A stretch of DNA of 64,000 bases from Haliotis rubra (taxonomy: Eukaryota), in the NCBI RefSeq assembly GCF_003918875.1, contig NW_025766203.1, positions 1,426,001 to 1,490,000 on the forward strand, read 5' to 3'. Of the stretch, positions 38,520 to 51,604 are shown piece after piece. Each line of letters opens with the position of its first letter. Within the stretch, counting starts at the first letter, position 1. The notes below the pieces were generated by a model that was given only the letters and a program-made list of their open reading frames with translations, was not told the DNA's origin and made no database searches. A program made the position numbers and the translations under genes.

Positions 38520-39372
38520 CACTAAACGCCATAAGAAACGTTACCCTCCTACCTTTATGAATTACCGAAAAACAATCAAAGATATGTTAGAAGGTATTAG
38601 TTTACAAGAAAGCTTAACAACACAGCTTTATGCAAATCACGAAAACAAATTCTCAAATGCATTCATATCTAGGTTAAATGCATCTTTTTCAGAAGAGTTA
38701 AATTGTCCTATATTCGGCCATGCCGAAATAAACCAATAACAGTGATTTTGATGTCCAAAAGAAAGGTTGAAATAAACTTCTGCTTTTGGACAAAGATAAA
38801 CCATTTAAAGTCACCATTTTTCAACTATTAAAACAAGAAACAACTGTTGTAGAGTGTGTAAAATGGTAAAATGATCATACCTATGATTCCAGTCTTTTAA
38901 AACATTTTCTGCAGATTTGCATTAGTGAAAACAAGTAAAACGTGTCTTTGATATTGTGAAAAAATGTTTAGGAACATCTAAAATTATCTTTGCTAACATG
39001 TTTGCTTGCAAAGTAATATTTTTCCTTTTTCTGTTTACACATAGCAATATCAATCGCCAAAATGCAGCAATATTCAAGCAGTACTTGCATCCATTTTACA
39101 TGTAGCATGATTCTATAGGGTATGAAGAGAACCTAGAATAGATGATATGATACACAAGTACGAGAAATATGCCACGATTAACAGCTGCAGATTGGGTCGT
39201 CAACGCCCTCGGATGCCACCGTATCACGGTTATAAGACTTGTTCGGGATTCAGACAGACTGGGGTCACCGTAGACAGACCGAGAAGTGGACGTCCACGCA
39301 TCACAACGCCAGCTGAAGATAGGTACCTCCGTCATTAAGGAAGGATGGTAACGTTTCTTTTGGCGTTTAGTG
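38520..39372 (+). mobile_element. Internally deleted Tc1 element
   Basis: TIR cactaaacgccataagaaacgttacc / ggtaacgtttctttttggcgtttagtg with TA flanks; residual FRQTGVTVDRPRSGRPRITTPAEDRYLR. Confidence 0.9.
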
Positions 39373-39383
39373 TAACTAGCTAA

Positions 39384-39510
39384 GTGCGTCGTAAAACTAT
39401 ATGTCAGCGTTATTCATACGGAGGCAGTGCGGCGGAAAACAATATGTCAGCGTTATTCATACGGAGGCAGTGCGGCGTAAAACTATGTGTCAGCGTTATT
39501 CATTGCGGGA
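39384..39510. repeat. 43-bp tandem repeat, three copies
   Basis: gtgcggcgtaaaactatatgtcagcgttattcatacggaggca-like unit at 39384, 39427 and 39470. Confidence 0.9.
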
Positions 39511-39569
39511 CATTGTTGTATTTGTATTACATAGTTTCTCTTAAGATCGAGCAGTGGTCAGTGGTGGTC

Positions 39570-40565
39570 AACGTTTCGGAGTATATCCTTACTCCTTCAT
39601 CGGGTTATGGACGTCATCCTTGACACATTGGCTACGATTCAAAGTTAACTTCTTTTTATGAGGGCTACGAGCGTTTCGAGAGGTATATGGCCCTTCTTTA
39701 GAGCTAACATTTCTCCAAACGTTTCATCAGGTTATGGACGTCAACTTCTTTTTATGCCCTAAGTATATGTTTATCTTCAATGAGTTATGGATGTCAACGA
39801 ACATTTCTTAAGCCCATTCTTACTCCTTCATCGGGTTATGATGTCAACTTTTTATTATGAGGAATTCTTACGCTACGAGCGTATCCTTACTCCTTCATCA
39901 GGTTATGGATGTCAACTTCTATTATGAGGGAAGATTTCGGAGTATATCCTTACTGCTTCATCGGGTTATTTGGAGTCAAGTTCTTTATATCCAGAATATT
40001 CCAATCGCAGTCCTTACTCCTTCAGATCAGGTTATGGATGTCAACTTCTTTATTATGAGGAATACAACATTTCACATTCCGTACTCCAAGAGGAGGTTAT
40101 GGATGTCAACTTGTGTGAGGATACATCAAGTTACTTTCACTCCTTCATACTTATGGATCCAAGTTCTATATTTGGATGCTTCCGTTTCAAATATTTCATC
40201 AGGTTATGGATGTCAACTTCTTTATTATGAGGGATACACATGTTGGAGTATATCCTTACTCCTTCATCGGGTTATGGATGTCAACGTCTTTATTATGAGG
40301 AACACAACGTTTCGAAGTACAGTATATCCTTACTCCTTACTCCGGATCCTTCATCGGGTTATGGATGTCAACTTCTTTATTATGAGGAATACAACATTTC
40401 GGAGTATATCCTTACTCCTTCATCAGGTTATGGATGTCAACTTCTTTATTATGAGGGATACACATGTTGGAGTATATCCTTACTCCTTCATAGGGTTATG
40501 GATGTCAACCTCTTTATTATGAGGAACACAACGTTTCAGAGTATAACCTTACTCCTTCATCAGGT
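39570..40565 (-). repeat. 68-69-bp tandem array (~14 units) carrying minimal hammerhead-like motifs, probably Penelope-derived
   Basis: Minus-strand unit cCTGATGAa-ggagta-aggata-tactcc-GAAACGTTgtgttcctcatAATAAAgaagttgacatccataa; partial inverted copy at 40584-40620. Confidence 0.85.
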
Positions 40566-40835
40566 CAGTGAAGGAAAGAAAAAGTTGTGTTCCTCATAAT
40601 AACGAAGTTCACATCAATAAAATCCCTCTTCCTTCACCGAAGGTGTCACGAAGTAAATATTAACAACAATGTATATTGCTATTATCACTGCCTTTATATT
40701 TTATTTCCACCGAATTAGCAATCATCACATAAAACAAACTGAAACATTTTACCATTGTATTTGTCGTAGGGGAAAATATTGTAGCTCTATTCTGCAACAT
40801 GAAGCCTGTGTTACAAGACAACATCATCTCCATTA

Positions 40836-41286
40836 GGGAACGTTCATAATTATGGGAAGGGGGAGTGATGATGGTTTTAGTGGGGGCACCCATTTTGTTC
40901 TGGGGAGGTAGGGTCGTCAGCCACTTTGTACACATGTACTAGGGCGTCAGCAGTTACATACAAAACAAATTATGCTTAATAATTATGGAGTGTGTGTCAT
41001 TTGTACATAGCACGCAGGGGGTCACTTACTCTGTACATAAATATTAGGGAGGGTCATTCATACTGTACATGCNNNNNNNNNNNNNNNNNNNNNNNNNNNN
41101 NNNNNNNNNNNNNNNNNNNNNNNNNNNNNNNNNNNNNNNNNNNNNNNNNNNNNNNNNNNNNNNNNNNNNNNNNNNNNNNNNNNNNNNNNNNNNNNNNNNN
41201 NNNNNNNNNNNNNNNNNNNNNNNNNNNNNNNNNNNNNNNNNNNNNNNNNNNNNNNNNNNNNNNNNNNNNAGTTGTGAATGGTCCCT
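40836..41286. mobile_element. Possible Tourist/Harbinger-like MITE spanning an N gap
   Basis: Imperfect TIR gggaacgttcat / gtgaatggtccc. Confidence 0.4.
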
Positions 41287-42267
41287 TCTTTAGTCCTTTA
41301 GTTTGTCAGGTATTTCCAAGTTTGAATAAGGTAGTATTTGTAGCATATCCTTTAGAGACCTGACAAAACAGCCGCGGACGAGTCACCTACACATGTAACA
41401 ATGGCCATGTTAGATTATTAGTGCCACAATGGCAAGTAGGGAGGATAGCAGTATTTAAACATCAGTAGGTTTTTGGTGAACGGTCGCTGACCCCAAACTA
41501 TTCACTCTCTCATCACCTCTCCCCTCCGCTTCCCCAACCTCATCCTTTCAAATCCAGAAGTGACTCGTTTTCAATTAGGACGATGGCGTATGTTATGTTT
41601 GTATAATGTATGCAGCCATGTACAGAGAGAATATTGATGAGGATCGATATCGATTTAGCCAATAGACAGATGAATACGATATCCAGAGTATTGTCCGTAC
41701 TGGGCTCATGGAATGTATTCTGAGGTCATGTAACCTATCTGGCATATGTATTTCCATGGCTGCATGAATAAAAACATGATACTCGTCATTCAGAATATCA
41801 TTTTCACTGCTTAAATCCACGTAAAATTATCCGTTTTATGACCGAAATATTAATGACTTGTGGATTTGTTCTTTTTTGTCAATATTCGCTCAAATAATTC
41901 TGTGCATAGAATATTTGATTATTTGTAATACCTATAGCCTACCTATAAGTCATAAGCATGTACACTGTAAGAACCTATAGATTTTGAGTGTGCCCCAGTC
42001 ATAACATATGGTTAGCAAGACTGCTAACCATATGTTCTTCTTTGTATGTTTGACTTCCTTTGAGACCGAACCTAATGCCACTAATGCCATCTGAACTAAT
42101 CACAAACAATATGATACATGTCGATTTCAAAACTGAAATAAAAAATTAATTTGTACACAGTGTGAAATCATCAAACAACAAAGGAATGCTTTTGAATTGA
42201 CAACTGTACTATCAAACAAATCAGTACGAATTACAGCAAAATAATTTCAGTAGCAATGCATAATAGT

Positions 42268-42423
42268 GTGTGAGTGAGTGAGTGAGTATGGTTTTACGCC
42301 GCTTTAAGCAATATTCCAGCAATAACACGGCGGGGGACACCAAATATGGGCTTCACACATTGTACAAATGTCTTCAGCTTGACAAGCGAACGCTTCAACC
42401 AGTAGGCTACCCCACCGGCCCCA
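42268..42423 (-). mobile_element. tRNA-derived SINE family B
   Basis: (GAGT)n tail, ttttacgccgctttaagcaatattccagc, head taggctaccccacc. Confidence 0.85.
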
Positions 42424-42728
42424 ATGCACAATAGAGGAGCTGTACAAAAACAATGGCACTGCAAGTAAGCAGCAACAGTCGTCAAACTTCCAAAACAGGC
42501 CAAGACTAGATATCCAGGGTCAAAAAGATGATCTTCACCCCACCGCTGGTCTCTGCAAAATGAAATGTGAGAGTTACGCACTTGCACACTTATATAGTCT
42601 TAACCAGTATATCATACACCAAATGAAAGTATGAACATGAATACCAAATCGATCACATTCCCCTAAGTCTGCAGTGTTTGTAACTCTTGTCAGTCACATA
42701 ATCTATTGCTGGAACTGTAAAGGGAATA

Positions 42729-43560
42729 CGAAGGGTGGCTGAAAGTTCTTAGTCTGACTATGATGGGCTGCTTACAAGGAGTTGGTTGCTAATTAGTCTT
42801 ACAGACATACTGTCCGACCAGGTCCACATTTATCTGCCAACGTCTCTGGATGTCAGATTGCCACGGATATAGAAGGATTCTTCTTGGTGATGCAAAGAGT
42901 TCTCCAAACAAGAAATGACTTCATCATTTGCAGTTGCTGGGTTGTTCTTTCTTTACATTTTGGGTGGAAGTTAAATCTGACGATGTCAAACCTGGTAAAT
43001 GCTAGGGATATTCACTGGGTATAAAACCACAGTCATGCCTCGAATCCATGGAAAGTACAGATTTATGTAAAGGTGTATTGTCCTGGGTTGCCCCCACACC
43101 TGTAATGATTCTTAAACGACGTTTATCCTTCAAGCATAAACATGGCCATTAACAGTCTAATCTTTCAGTAGGTAGTCCATCAGTAGAATTCCATTGAAAT
43201 GCCAGAAACCCGAAGCAGCCAGATGGAACATACTTTGTTTTCTTCGGAATAGATATAACATGTTCCCACTGTTTTTGATTGCTGGTTACAAATCCCTCAA
43301 CAAAAGCAGCTGGGTCTGCTTCGAAATGACGTACATTTTCACGAGTGATGATGAACCTGGAGTCATTCTGATCAGGGGCCAAATGCCTTGATCCCCTGTT
43401 CATTCCTCGGAATGTCATTAACTCTTACACGAAAGATGCCTTCTGCATTGGCTATGTGACGTAGAAAGTTCACGGCTACGCATTGATAAATCAGGCAATA
43501 CCTGACAACAAACCTCCTCAGAAAACTTAATTACATTTACTGTTGTGTATGAACTAGTGA
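42729..43560 (-). mobile_element. Decayed mariner (DD34D-type) transposon
   Basis: TA + cgaagggtggctgaaagttcttagtctgac terminus; minus-strand remnants such as VFWHFNGILLMDYLLKD, similar to mariner VFWDxxGILLIDYL. The far end was not located. Confidence 0.7.
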
Positions 43561-43800
43561 TACAGATCTAGCATACAGGCAGCTAGCAGAAATCAGCCTG
43601 CAGTGCCAATATGTTCAATGTTCACACAGTGGTTGATTAGCAAACTGCATTGTCCAGTTACAAACATACCCAAACAGAGTGACGATAGGATACGTTCCGG
43701 GAGTCACATGTCAACGACAACAGTACAAGAACGATTGATGCAAAATTCTCTTCGAGCTAACGGACACTCAAATTGCTGCAAGCCTTCATCATGCTACTTA

Positions 43801-44157
43801 GGTGAGGTGAGGTGAAATTGGGTTTTACGTCGTGCTTGAGAACATTTTGCTCACATGACGACGTGCATGCGTGTGTATGTGTATGTGTGGCTGCTTGTAC
43901 TAGCCCAGACTTAAGCTGGTTTTATAGTGCTAGCTCACTGAGATACCATACCGCAGTGAAGCATGAATACCCAACTCAGACACATTATACTGACTCCGAG
44001 ACGACCAGTCCTTGTTGTACCCATTAATGCCGAGCGCCAGGCAGGGACCAACAAGTACCATATTTTAACGTCTTTTGGTATGACGCGGTCGGGTTTCGAA
44101 CCCGCGACCTTCCGCTCTCCGGGCGGACGCTCTAACCACTACACCACGGAGGCGGTC
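43801..44157 (-). mobile_element. SINE family C
   Basis: TSD tcatgctactta on both sides. Confidence 0.92.
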
Positions 44158-44519
44158 TCATGCTACTTAAGTACCATTAGGAGTCGTGTACATGCAGTGC
44201 ATTTCCATATTGCCAGCATATGTCAACTGAACACAACATCTAAACTGAGGTAATCGCCCCTGGTAATGTGTCATTGTGTTACAGCTTGTTGTCAGATTAG
44301 TCTCGATTCACTTTGCACTTTCTTCTGAGGCGTGGTCGTGTCAGGCGACAAGGAAATGAATTAAATGAATATCATGATTAATCCAATGTCAACATGAGAC
44401 CTCATTATAAATTTGATAGTTGACCGGTTATGATGGGCCTAGGGCCGTGTAGGGCCGGCCACACAGTTGGCACCACGTCTGTACGGGTTGCTGTTGGATT
44501 AAGTCCTTTCAGTTGCGTT

Positions 44520-45000
44520 GGGATACCTAATTTTGTCCTGTTCCATTCACCAACAGAAATTACCAGGTCACTTTGATACATGACCATTGATACAGAAATA
44601 TGCATTCTTCGTAGCAAAGATCAGAACTTTTCAAACACCCACGTAATCTATATGGAACCATTTTGGATTCTAATCAAGCGATAACACAAACATACGCACA
44701 TGCATTGGGTACATTTCGACGGGATTGTTATCTTTACAATTACACGGTAAGTAAATATGCATATCCATTGTTAACAGATACTTGTTTTCTGTGTGAACGC
44801 CATGGCACCACCACAACACAAGGGCTGAAATCTAATCAGCAAATCCTTTGTACTGCTCCTGCTATGATTCAGTCCGTTCTCCACATGATTTATTCACGGA
44901 TTTCCATTGTTTTACAAATCAGTTTTTCACTAAGTAAACTATTGCAACTGTCAAATTGCGTTGGTTATTTATGTTTGACTTTTACACAGAAGTAATGCCT
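44520..45000 (-). pseudogene. Ancient CR1/L2-type RT relic
   Basis: Minus-strand fragments resembling ISLLS..ICKTME and CINGHVS in the expected order, with many stops. Confidence 0.45.
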
Positions 45001-46845
45001 CGTGAATTGTTAAATATGTTTTGAGAGTCACTGAGGAACCAGCGAAGCCCAAGACCCCGAAGCATCCGACATTGACGTAGATGATGTCCCCTGATGGCAG
45101 ACCGCTGTACCCACATCAATGTTCGTTGTTGTTTCATCCTGAATTTACATCAGCCAAGGGAGGATTTCCTTGTGGTAGGATTTGCATACTGCCATCGGCT
45201 ATTTAGCAGGATCACTTGATGATAAGTGGTGCCTGTCCGACACCAAGAACTGACGTAGGACAATATATTACAACAGCATACCAGTATTTCGCAAAGATGT
45301 AGTTCCACTAATATTTAGTAATAGCATCATTTTGAAGATGGTACTTATAAATGGGCTATCAGAGCAGCCATACATGTATTTCAACACGTGTTACAGCCTG
45401 CGACCTCGTTGTATCGGGTACTTGATATATCCGTAATCGGAAATAAAATTGTGAACTTATAAGACGTATTTTATTATGAAATCTGATTAACATGATTCTT
45501 AATAAACATATTTGTGACAAAAAATATCATTTCAAATTTGATAGCTTTTACGCGAGAGCCATTAGAAGAACGAAGCCGGTTAATCTTTACTAAGGGAAAA
45601 CACTATCGTATCGCAGTATTGCTATTTTCTTACCATGGCACACGGTACAAGCAAATGACAATGTCAAACGTCTGAACGAATCTAAATAGTTTTAATATTA
45701 AAATCATTTAGAAATGTCATTAAGAGTAATATCATCATGTTTTAACCAAAACATCTGAAACTTCTATTCATATGGATACAAGGTAACAATAACGTAGCAA
45801 AATATTTTGTTGCCGCCTTAAAACGTGCCATAAAATTTGCTGCCGTATGCAGGGTGTAGTTGCACAATACGTCACTTCCTGTTATAGTTTTACGACAGAA
45901 AATATGCAATTGACTTATAGTTGTCGCAGGATTATTCTTGACGAAGTAAGTTTTGATTCTTGCAGGATGCAATGGCGGTAAGGGTAATGCTTTTTCCTGA
46001 ATGTTCCTGAAGTTACTGCAAAGATAAATACTTTAATATTTCTACGATTGGACATGACATTCCAATGAAGAAATAAATGTCTTTATCAAGGGCGATGATT
46101 TTTTTACGTGATTTGCATATGTGAACAGCCGATGCAGTCCGTGTCCGAGTTTATAGGCCACACGCAAAGTCATTCTCACGATGAACACATTGACAAAGTG
46201 AAACCGGTTAGAAAACATTATATCTGNNNNNNNNNNNNNNNNNNNNNNNNNNNNNNNNNNNNNNNNNNNNNNNNNNNNNNNNNNNNNNNNNNNNNNNNNN
46301 NNNNNNNNNNNNNNNNNNNNNNNNNNNNNNNNNNNNNNNNNNNNNNNNNNNNNNNNNNNNNNNNNGTCCACAGTCTCCTCTGCAAAGTTTCACAATCAAT
46401 GTGACCAGATTTAATGTCTGTATAGGGCTTGTAAGTCTCTCGAGACGCTGCTTCCGGTACCTAGCTGGTTCACGGCTTCCTATGCGTGCGCCAACTTGCG
46501 ACATGCGAGACGGGGCCCAGCCTACTTCCGGTACCAGACTTTCGGTGACAAGCGTTCTTGTTCCAAATTGCGCGACCGCCAAATATGACTCTACCAGACC
46601 GAACCAAGTGTACAACCATGCTTGGTTGTCACAGGTGTTGTCAGTCGTAATAGTTGACTAATCTGGGGATGGTAAGATCGGAAATTTGTTATTTCTGCAG
46701 GGATTATTGGTTCCATACTGTCAACAGACAGCCATGAGACCATTCGAAAAGGTATGAAACGTTGTTTGTTACCGGAAGTACTAAGGTCTCGCGAAGTGAC
46801 ATGACCTTCTTACGGGCTGTATTCGTGAACGTTGCTGTTAGAACT

Positions 46846-47022
46846 GGGGACCCATGAAGATCAGGATTGGAATTGGTCTTATGGTCAGGCTCCGTTGACA
46901 CATGTCATCGTATCCCAAATGCGTAGATCTATGCTCATGCTGCTGATCACTGAATTGTCTGGTACTCGATTACTTCCAGACCGCTGCCATAAAGCTGTAA
47001 TATTGCTCAACCAACAAACAAA
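46846..47022 (+). mobile_element. SINE-like family A, internally deleted
   Basis: ggggacccatgaagatcagg head plus body motifs. Confidence 0.75.
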
Positions 47023-49524
47023 GTTAGAACTGGGCCTATCTTTGCACATAATGCTGGCTTGCAATACATGTCATTCATTGAAACCAAAACTAACGATCTT
47101 CACATCACCACTGTCGGTTCTCGACGAGATAACAATCTTGACATCATCACACTGTCAGTTCTCGACGAGATAATTATCCCTGCCAGGGAGTGCGTAATTT
47201 AGTCAGATCCCGTGCAAAGGTTCAGACTGGATGAACTTTAATCCTATTTTAAACCCCTGAAATGTCAAACATGCATGTCGATGTTTACACTTCCTGTTTG
47301 CTTTTGAGCTACATCGTATTGTGGCAGTAAAGGGTAGGAGCAATTAGTTTTGTTACTTTCGTACAAAAGTGAATGAAGAAGGGACGACATTGCACTTGTT
47401 TGCATTGTTTGGATGTGGCAGACATTTCGTCTTCGATTTTGTTGCGTAAGTACAATGGAACGAAATATTGATATCAGTAAACTGATATTTGGCCATCGTG
47501 ATGCCGGTCTATTACGTCCATGTCCTTGCCAACGCGAAGGTACGTGTCGACTGGGGAATTAGCTCATGTTTAAGATGAAGTGTACGTACAATACGTTGAC
47601 AAGACGAACGTTAAGTTCAAACTTCTTTAGTTACATGACAAACAAATGCGCAAGACATAAATGAGTTGAGCGGAGTACCTGCTCAACCCCAGGGTGTTTC
47701 CTACGAGCGGCATTATCCTGCTCACGGACGTCCTGCACAGACAGTCGGAATACCAGACTCTTGACAATATAGATGCGAGCATATATATACAGTTTTTGAC
47801 AACAATGGACAGGTGACGATTCAACAATGGACAGATAGAAAAACAATAGCACTTCCTTGACCAGTTGATATGATGGCAGACACGGCCAAGGTGGATGACC
47901 AATTAGGGCAATAATTGTCATATACAATAATTAATGACAGTGACAGAGTGGTACAGGGTGGCTGACAAGACAATATACACTGAGGTAGTGATAAGGATTC
48001 AGATTGCAGATTGAATAATTACAATTAAGGCACACATGGCTTGGACACATAGTTTTTGGTCTTTTTCAATATTTGGAGGATGGCTGTCCTGAATTAGGCA
48101 CTATAACATCCTTTAAGTTTACAAATTTAACAAAACCTCTAGGCCCTCAGGAATTCTTTTACTATCGGACTCTTAGTAGAAAACTATAAATACACTTTTA
48201 TAAGTTTTGATCTTCATGTCATAGATTTTTTTATAATTTGTAGATCGTGTTAATACGACTGTAACCGAAATGTCCATTGTTGACGTTTTGAAAAATCTGT
48301 AAAATGTCTTTTTTTAAAACAATAAAAATTATTTTAAAAATAAATACATGACTCGGTACTGTGTTCGTGAGGCATAACTGAGACATAATCGTGAGCCTTT
48401 AATGTCCTATCAAATCTGGTATATTCATTTGGCTGGAAAAAGACATAGTTGTATTAGAAATGAATCTTTGTTTTTTAAATCCTTCATTGCTACCTTGAAA
48501 TATATATTTCTCGTTTTGAAGATATGTTGCCAGAATGAAAAACCAACCAAATGAAGGTATGAGCAAAAGGCTACCACTACTTACAGCATGGACTGATGAT
48601 TCTTCAACATGTACAATGTATGACCTTGGTGTAGTAATTTAAGAATGTACCTACTCATGTGAATAAAAATAGTGGGGGAAAAATCTGTTATAGTGTCGCA
48701 GCGTCATGTCTATATACCATCTGTGATTTATCATCAGTGCACTGTAAATTAAACGAGTGAGTATGTGTGTTTGATTAATGCCGTTTCACGGATTGTCACC
48801 TATATGTGGAGGACAGTTCGAGGTGGCGCCGATCACCAGCACATGTGGCCATGGAATGTACGTTTAGATCACCGTATTGCGTATCGTCAACATTGAATAC
48901 GTCTTTTCAAAATCAGCCTTTGGCATGTTTGAATATTGAGTCCATGAACGACATGACAGCAGAACTTCAGATTGTGAAGTTGATGATGGGGAACATTATT
49001 TAATCATGAACACTACATCCCCCGAGTATAATTACACTGTTATAGCCTTTATTGTGTAAAATATGTCATTGATTTCTCTCAATGTAAACTTCGTTCTTGC
49101 AGGGCAACGTCTTGTGAAGAAAGGAACTTAATGTGGCTGAAAGAAATTGGCAACTGTAGGAACTGGTTGTGAAGAAACTCGGTGAATATTGTTTGGTGAC
49201 TGTGTGTTCTTGTATGTGCATTATCGTGTGTGTGAAGTCAGATGATACATACACACAGAAGCATTAAATGAAGACAAACGTTTCAGGAATGTTGTAGAAG
49301 ACATTCGTCGGATGCATGTACAATCAATGAGCAGCACTGATGATGATGGAGGAGTATCAGATTGATGGAAAGAAATATACACATTGCCTTGGATACTGTC
49401 AGTGAACCAATGAAAAGGTTTGAAATGGTTGCATTTCCGGTGCTACTTACCTGGTAATTCTGTGTCTCTTGGAATAAACGTTTAATACAGACCATTCGCA
49501 CAACAGTCTGATAAAACTTTTACA

Positions 49525-50038
49525 ATGTGTGATTCTCCCGGAAGGCCTATAATGGAGGACGTCTCCAAAGCGTCACCGTCTATCAGGAGTGTTGAAAACA
49601 ACACGTACATGCCTCCCCCAGTTGTTCTCGAGATACGGAGATCGGACAGAATGAAGAAAAACTTAATCAGCTTCGCGAAAAAGTTCCTAGTCTTCATGGT
49701 CTCGCAGGTAGGTCTGACCTGCTTGGTTATAGGGTATTCTATCATGGGAGGGTTCATCTTCATGAAGTTAGAAGCTGAACAAGAAATACAGAATAAAGTG
49801 GAAGTGGGATTTACGAGACAATTCTATGTAAAGAGGCTATGGGATGTCACTCAAAATCTGAACATTCTCTTTGAGGCCAACTGGTCGGCAAGTGCGGATG
49901 AAATTTTCCAGGATTTTCAGCAAAATATTTACAAGACTGTGAGAGAGACGGGCTGGGATGGCACTGAGACGGAAGAAGCTTCAGAGTGGACTTATGCAGG
50001 GGCGCTGCTTTACTCCGTTACTGTTATCACAACTATAG
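49525..50038 (+). CDS. Two-pore-domain potassium channel (K2P, TWK/KCNK18-like), coding exon 1: N-terminus, M1, cap, P1 up to TTI-G
   Basis: ORF encodes M1 (VGLTCLVIGYSIMGGFIFMKLE) and pore helix WTYAGALLYSVTVITTIG, then donor ATAG|GTAAGT at 50038/50039 (514 nt, phase 1). The start codon is uncertain because a possible acceptor lies at 49490. Confidence 0.93.
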
Positions 50039-50740
50039 GTAAGTTATCAAAGGGGATCTAGACCCAGACTGGATATCTGGCAATGGCATCGGACTTTGAT
50101 TCAAGTCTCTTAACATGCTTTGTTTGTCAGCCAGCTCAATGTTGTTGACAGTAAATGATAACAATAATTACAATGACAAATTGTCTTGGTTTCCTTTATT
50201 GTATTTATGAAAATGTCTATAATGGCTGAAAATGAACATCATTGGAATATGTTCGAGACTACTGGCCGCAACCCATCTTTCCTGTTGATCTTGTTTCTTT
50301 ACATTGTGTACAGAATGAATGATTGTTTAGTTGACGTAGGGATATTTGTTGATGGCAAGTAAATATAGAAGTCACATGTGATGTTCTCCGACTTTAGGTA
50401 TTTCAGGACACTGTGTAGGGGGAAGGGGTGCCTTGGAGGCGAGCGGCAATACAAATCTGAAAATTAACATATGGTCGTGTCTTTGTGTAAACTGGAAATA
50501 GGAAACAAACATGCTATAACCAGACAAACAACTTCTGCATTGAATTATTGCCAACTGCCTAAGTCTAGATCCAATTAAATCAGAATACAGACCTGGGATA
50601 CCTCGCTAATAATAGACAAGATACGGTTAATACTGGACTATATCTATTTGGTAAAAGAGTGAAACTCTAAAGTATATCCTGCTTTCACGTAAGGCAATAT
50701 TCACTTGCCACAGTCAACACTGCAGTGGCCATTGTAAATA

Positions 50741-51604
50741 TACTATCCCAAAAACGCATAGGCATTTTGTATTTTTAAAAATCTATAAATTACCTATTGT
50801 GTTCAAACAATCGTCAAAATATGTAACAAAAGTGTTGATAACATGATTTTACACAATTGTACAAGTCAAAAATTGACTTTACCTGAAAATGTTGATGAGA
50901 TTTCTTACAAGGACAAAAAAGGCATCGCCACAACGTAACAGAAATCACCTTCCAGATGAAATTGCGCAGCAAAGAGCATGCACTGTCTGGCTATAAAAAT
51001 CCAGATTACTTTCGGAAATCAACATTCGTTTTGAAGAAGTTTCAAGGTCAAATCACTTCGCCACGTCTTGACGCTGCGACACGGAACATCGCCATTGAAA
51101 GAACGCACGCTGGACATTATCAATCTTCTGTTGCCAGGCGTCTGAATGTTAGTCTGAGCACGATATCACGGCTTTGCAGCTCGTTACAACCAAACAAGTA
51201 TAACAAATGACCGTCCCCGTACAGGCAGACCTCGAGTCACCACTGTAGCCCAAGATCGGTACATCCGGGTACTACATTTGTGTGATCGTACTGTAACGGA
51301 TGAGAGCACAGCAGCCAGGGTGTCTCGACTTCGGACGATATCCGGTCAAACGGTACGGAACAGGTTGAGAGAGATTGGACTGAGAGCCAGGAGACCCAAC
51401 GTCGGGACCGTGCTACGTCGTCGCCATCGCGCTCAACATCTCCGTTAACTAAAATTATCCACTTGGTTGTATAGTCATTACCTTATTCTAAACTGATGTA
51501 AAAACTCATGTACTAAACGCTATTTGTGGACGAGTTGTACATGTTTGAAAATACAACATTTTCGCAACAGATTTCTGGGTTATGCGTTTCTTTTTGGAAT
51601 AGTA
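50741..51604 (+). mobile_element. Internally deleted Tc1 element in the K2P intron
   Basis: TIR tactatcccaaaaacgcata / tatgcgtttctttttggaatagta, TA flanks; VARRLNVSLSTISRL, DRPRTGRPRVTT..QDRYIR, TVRNRLREIGLRARRP. Confidence 0.9.

Noticed and set aside
39857-40599. 221-aa and related repeat ORFs
   Set aside because: They are by-products of the 68-69-bp tandem repeat; the frame shifts between units.
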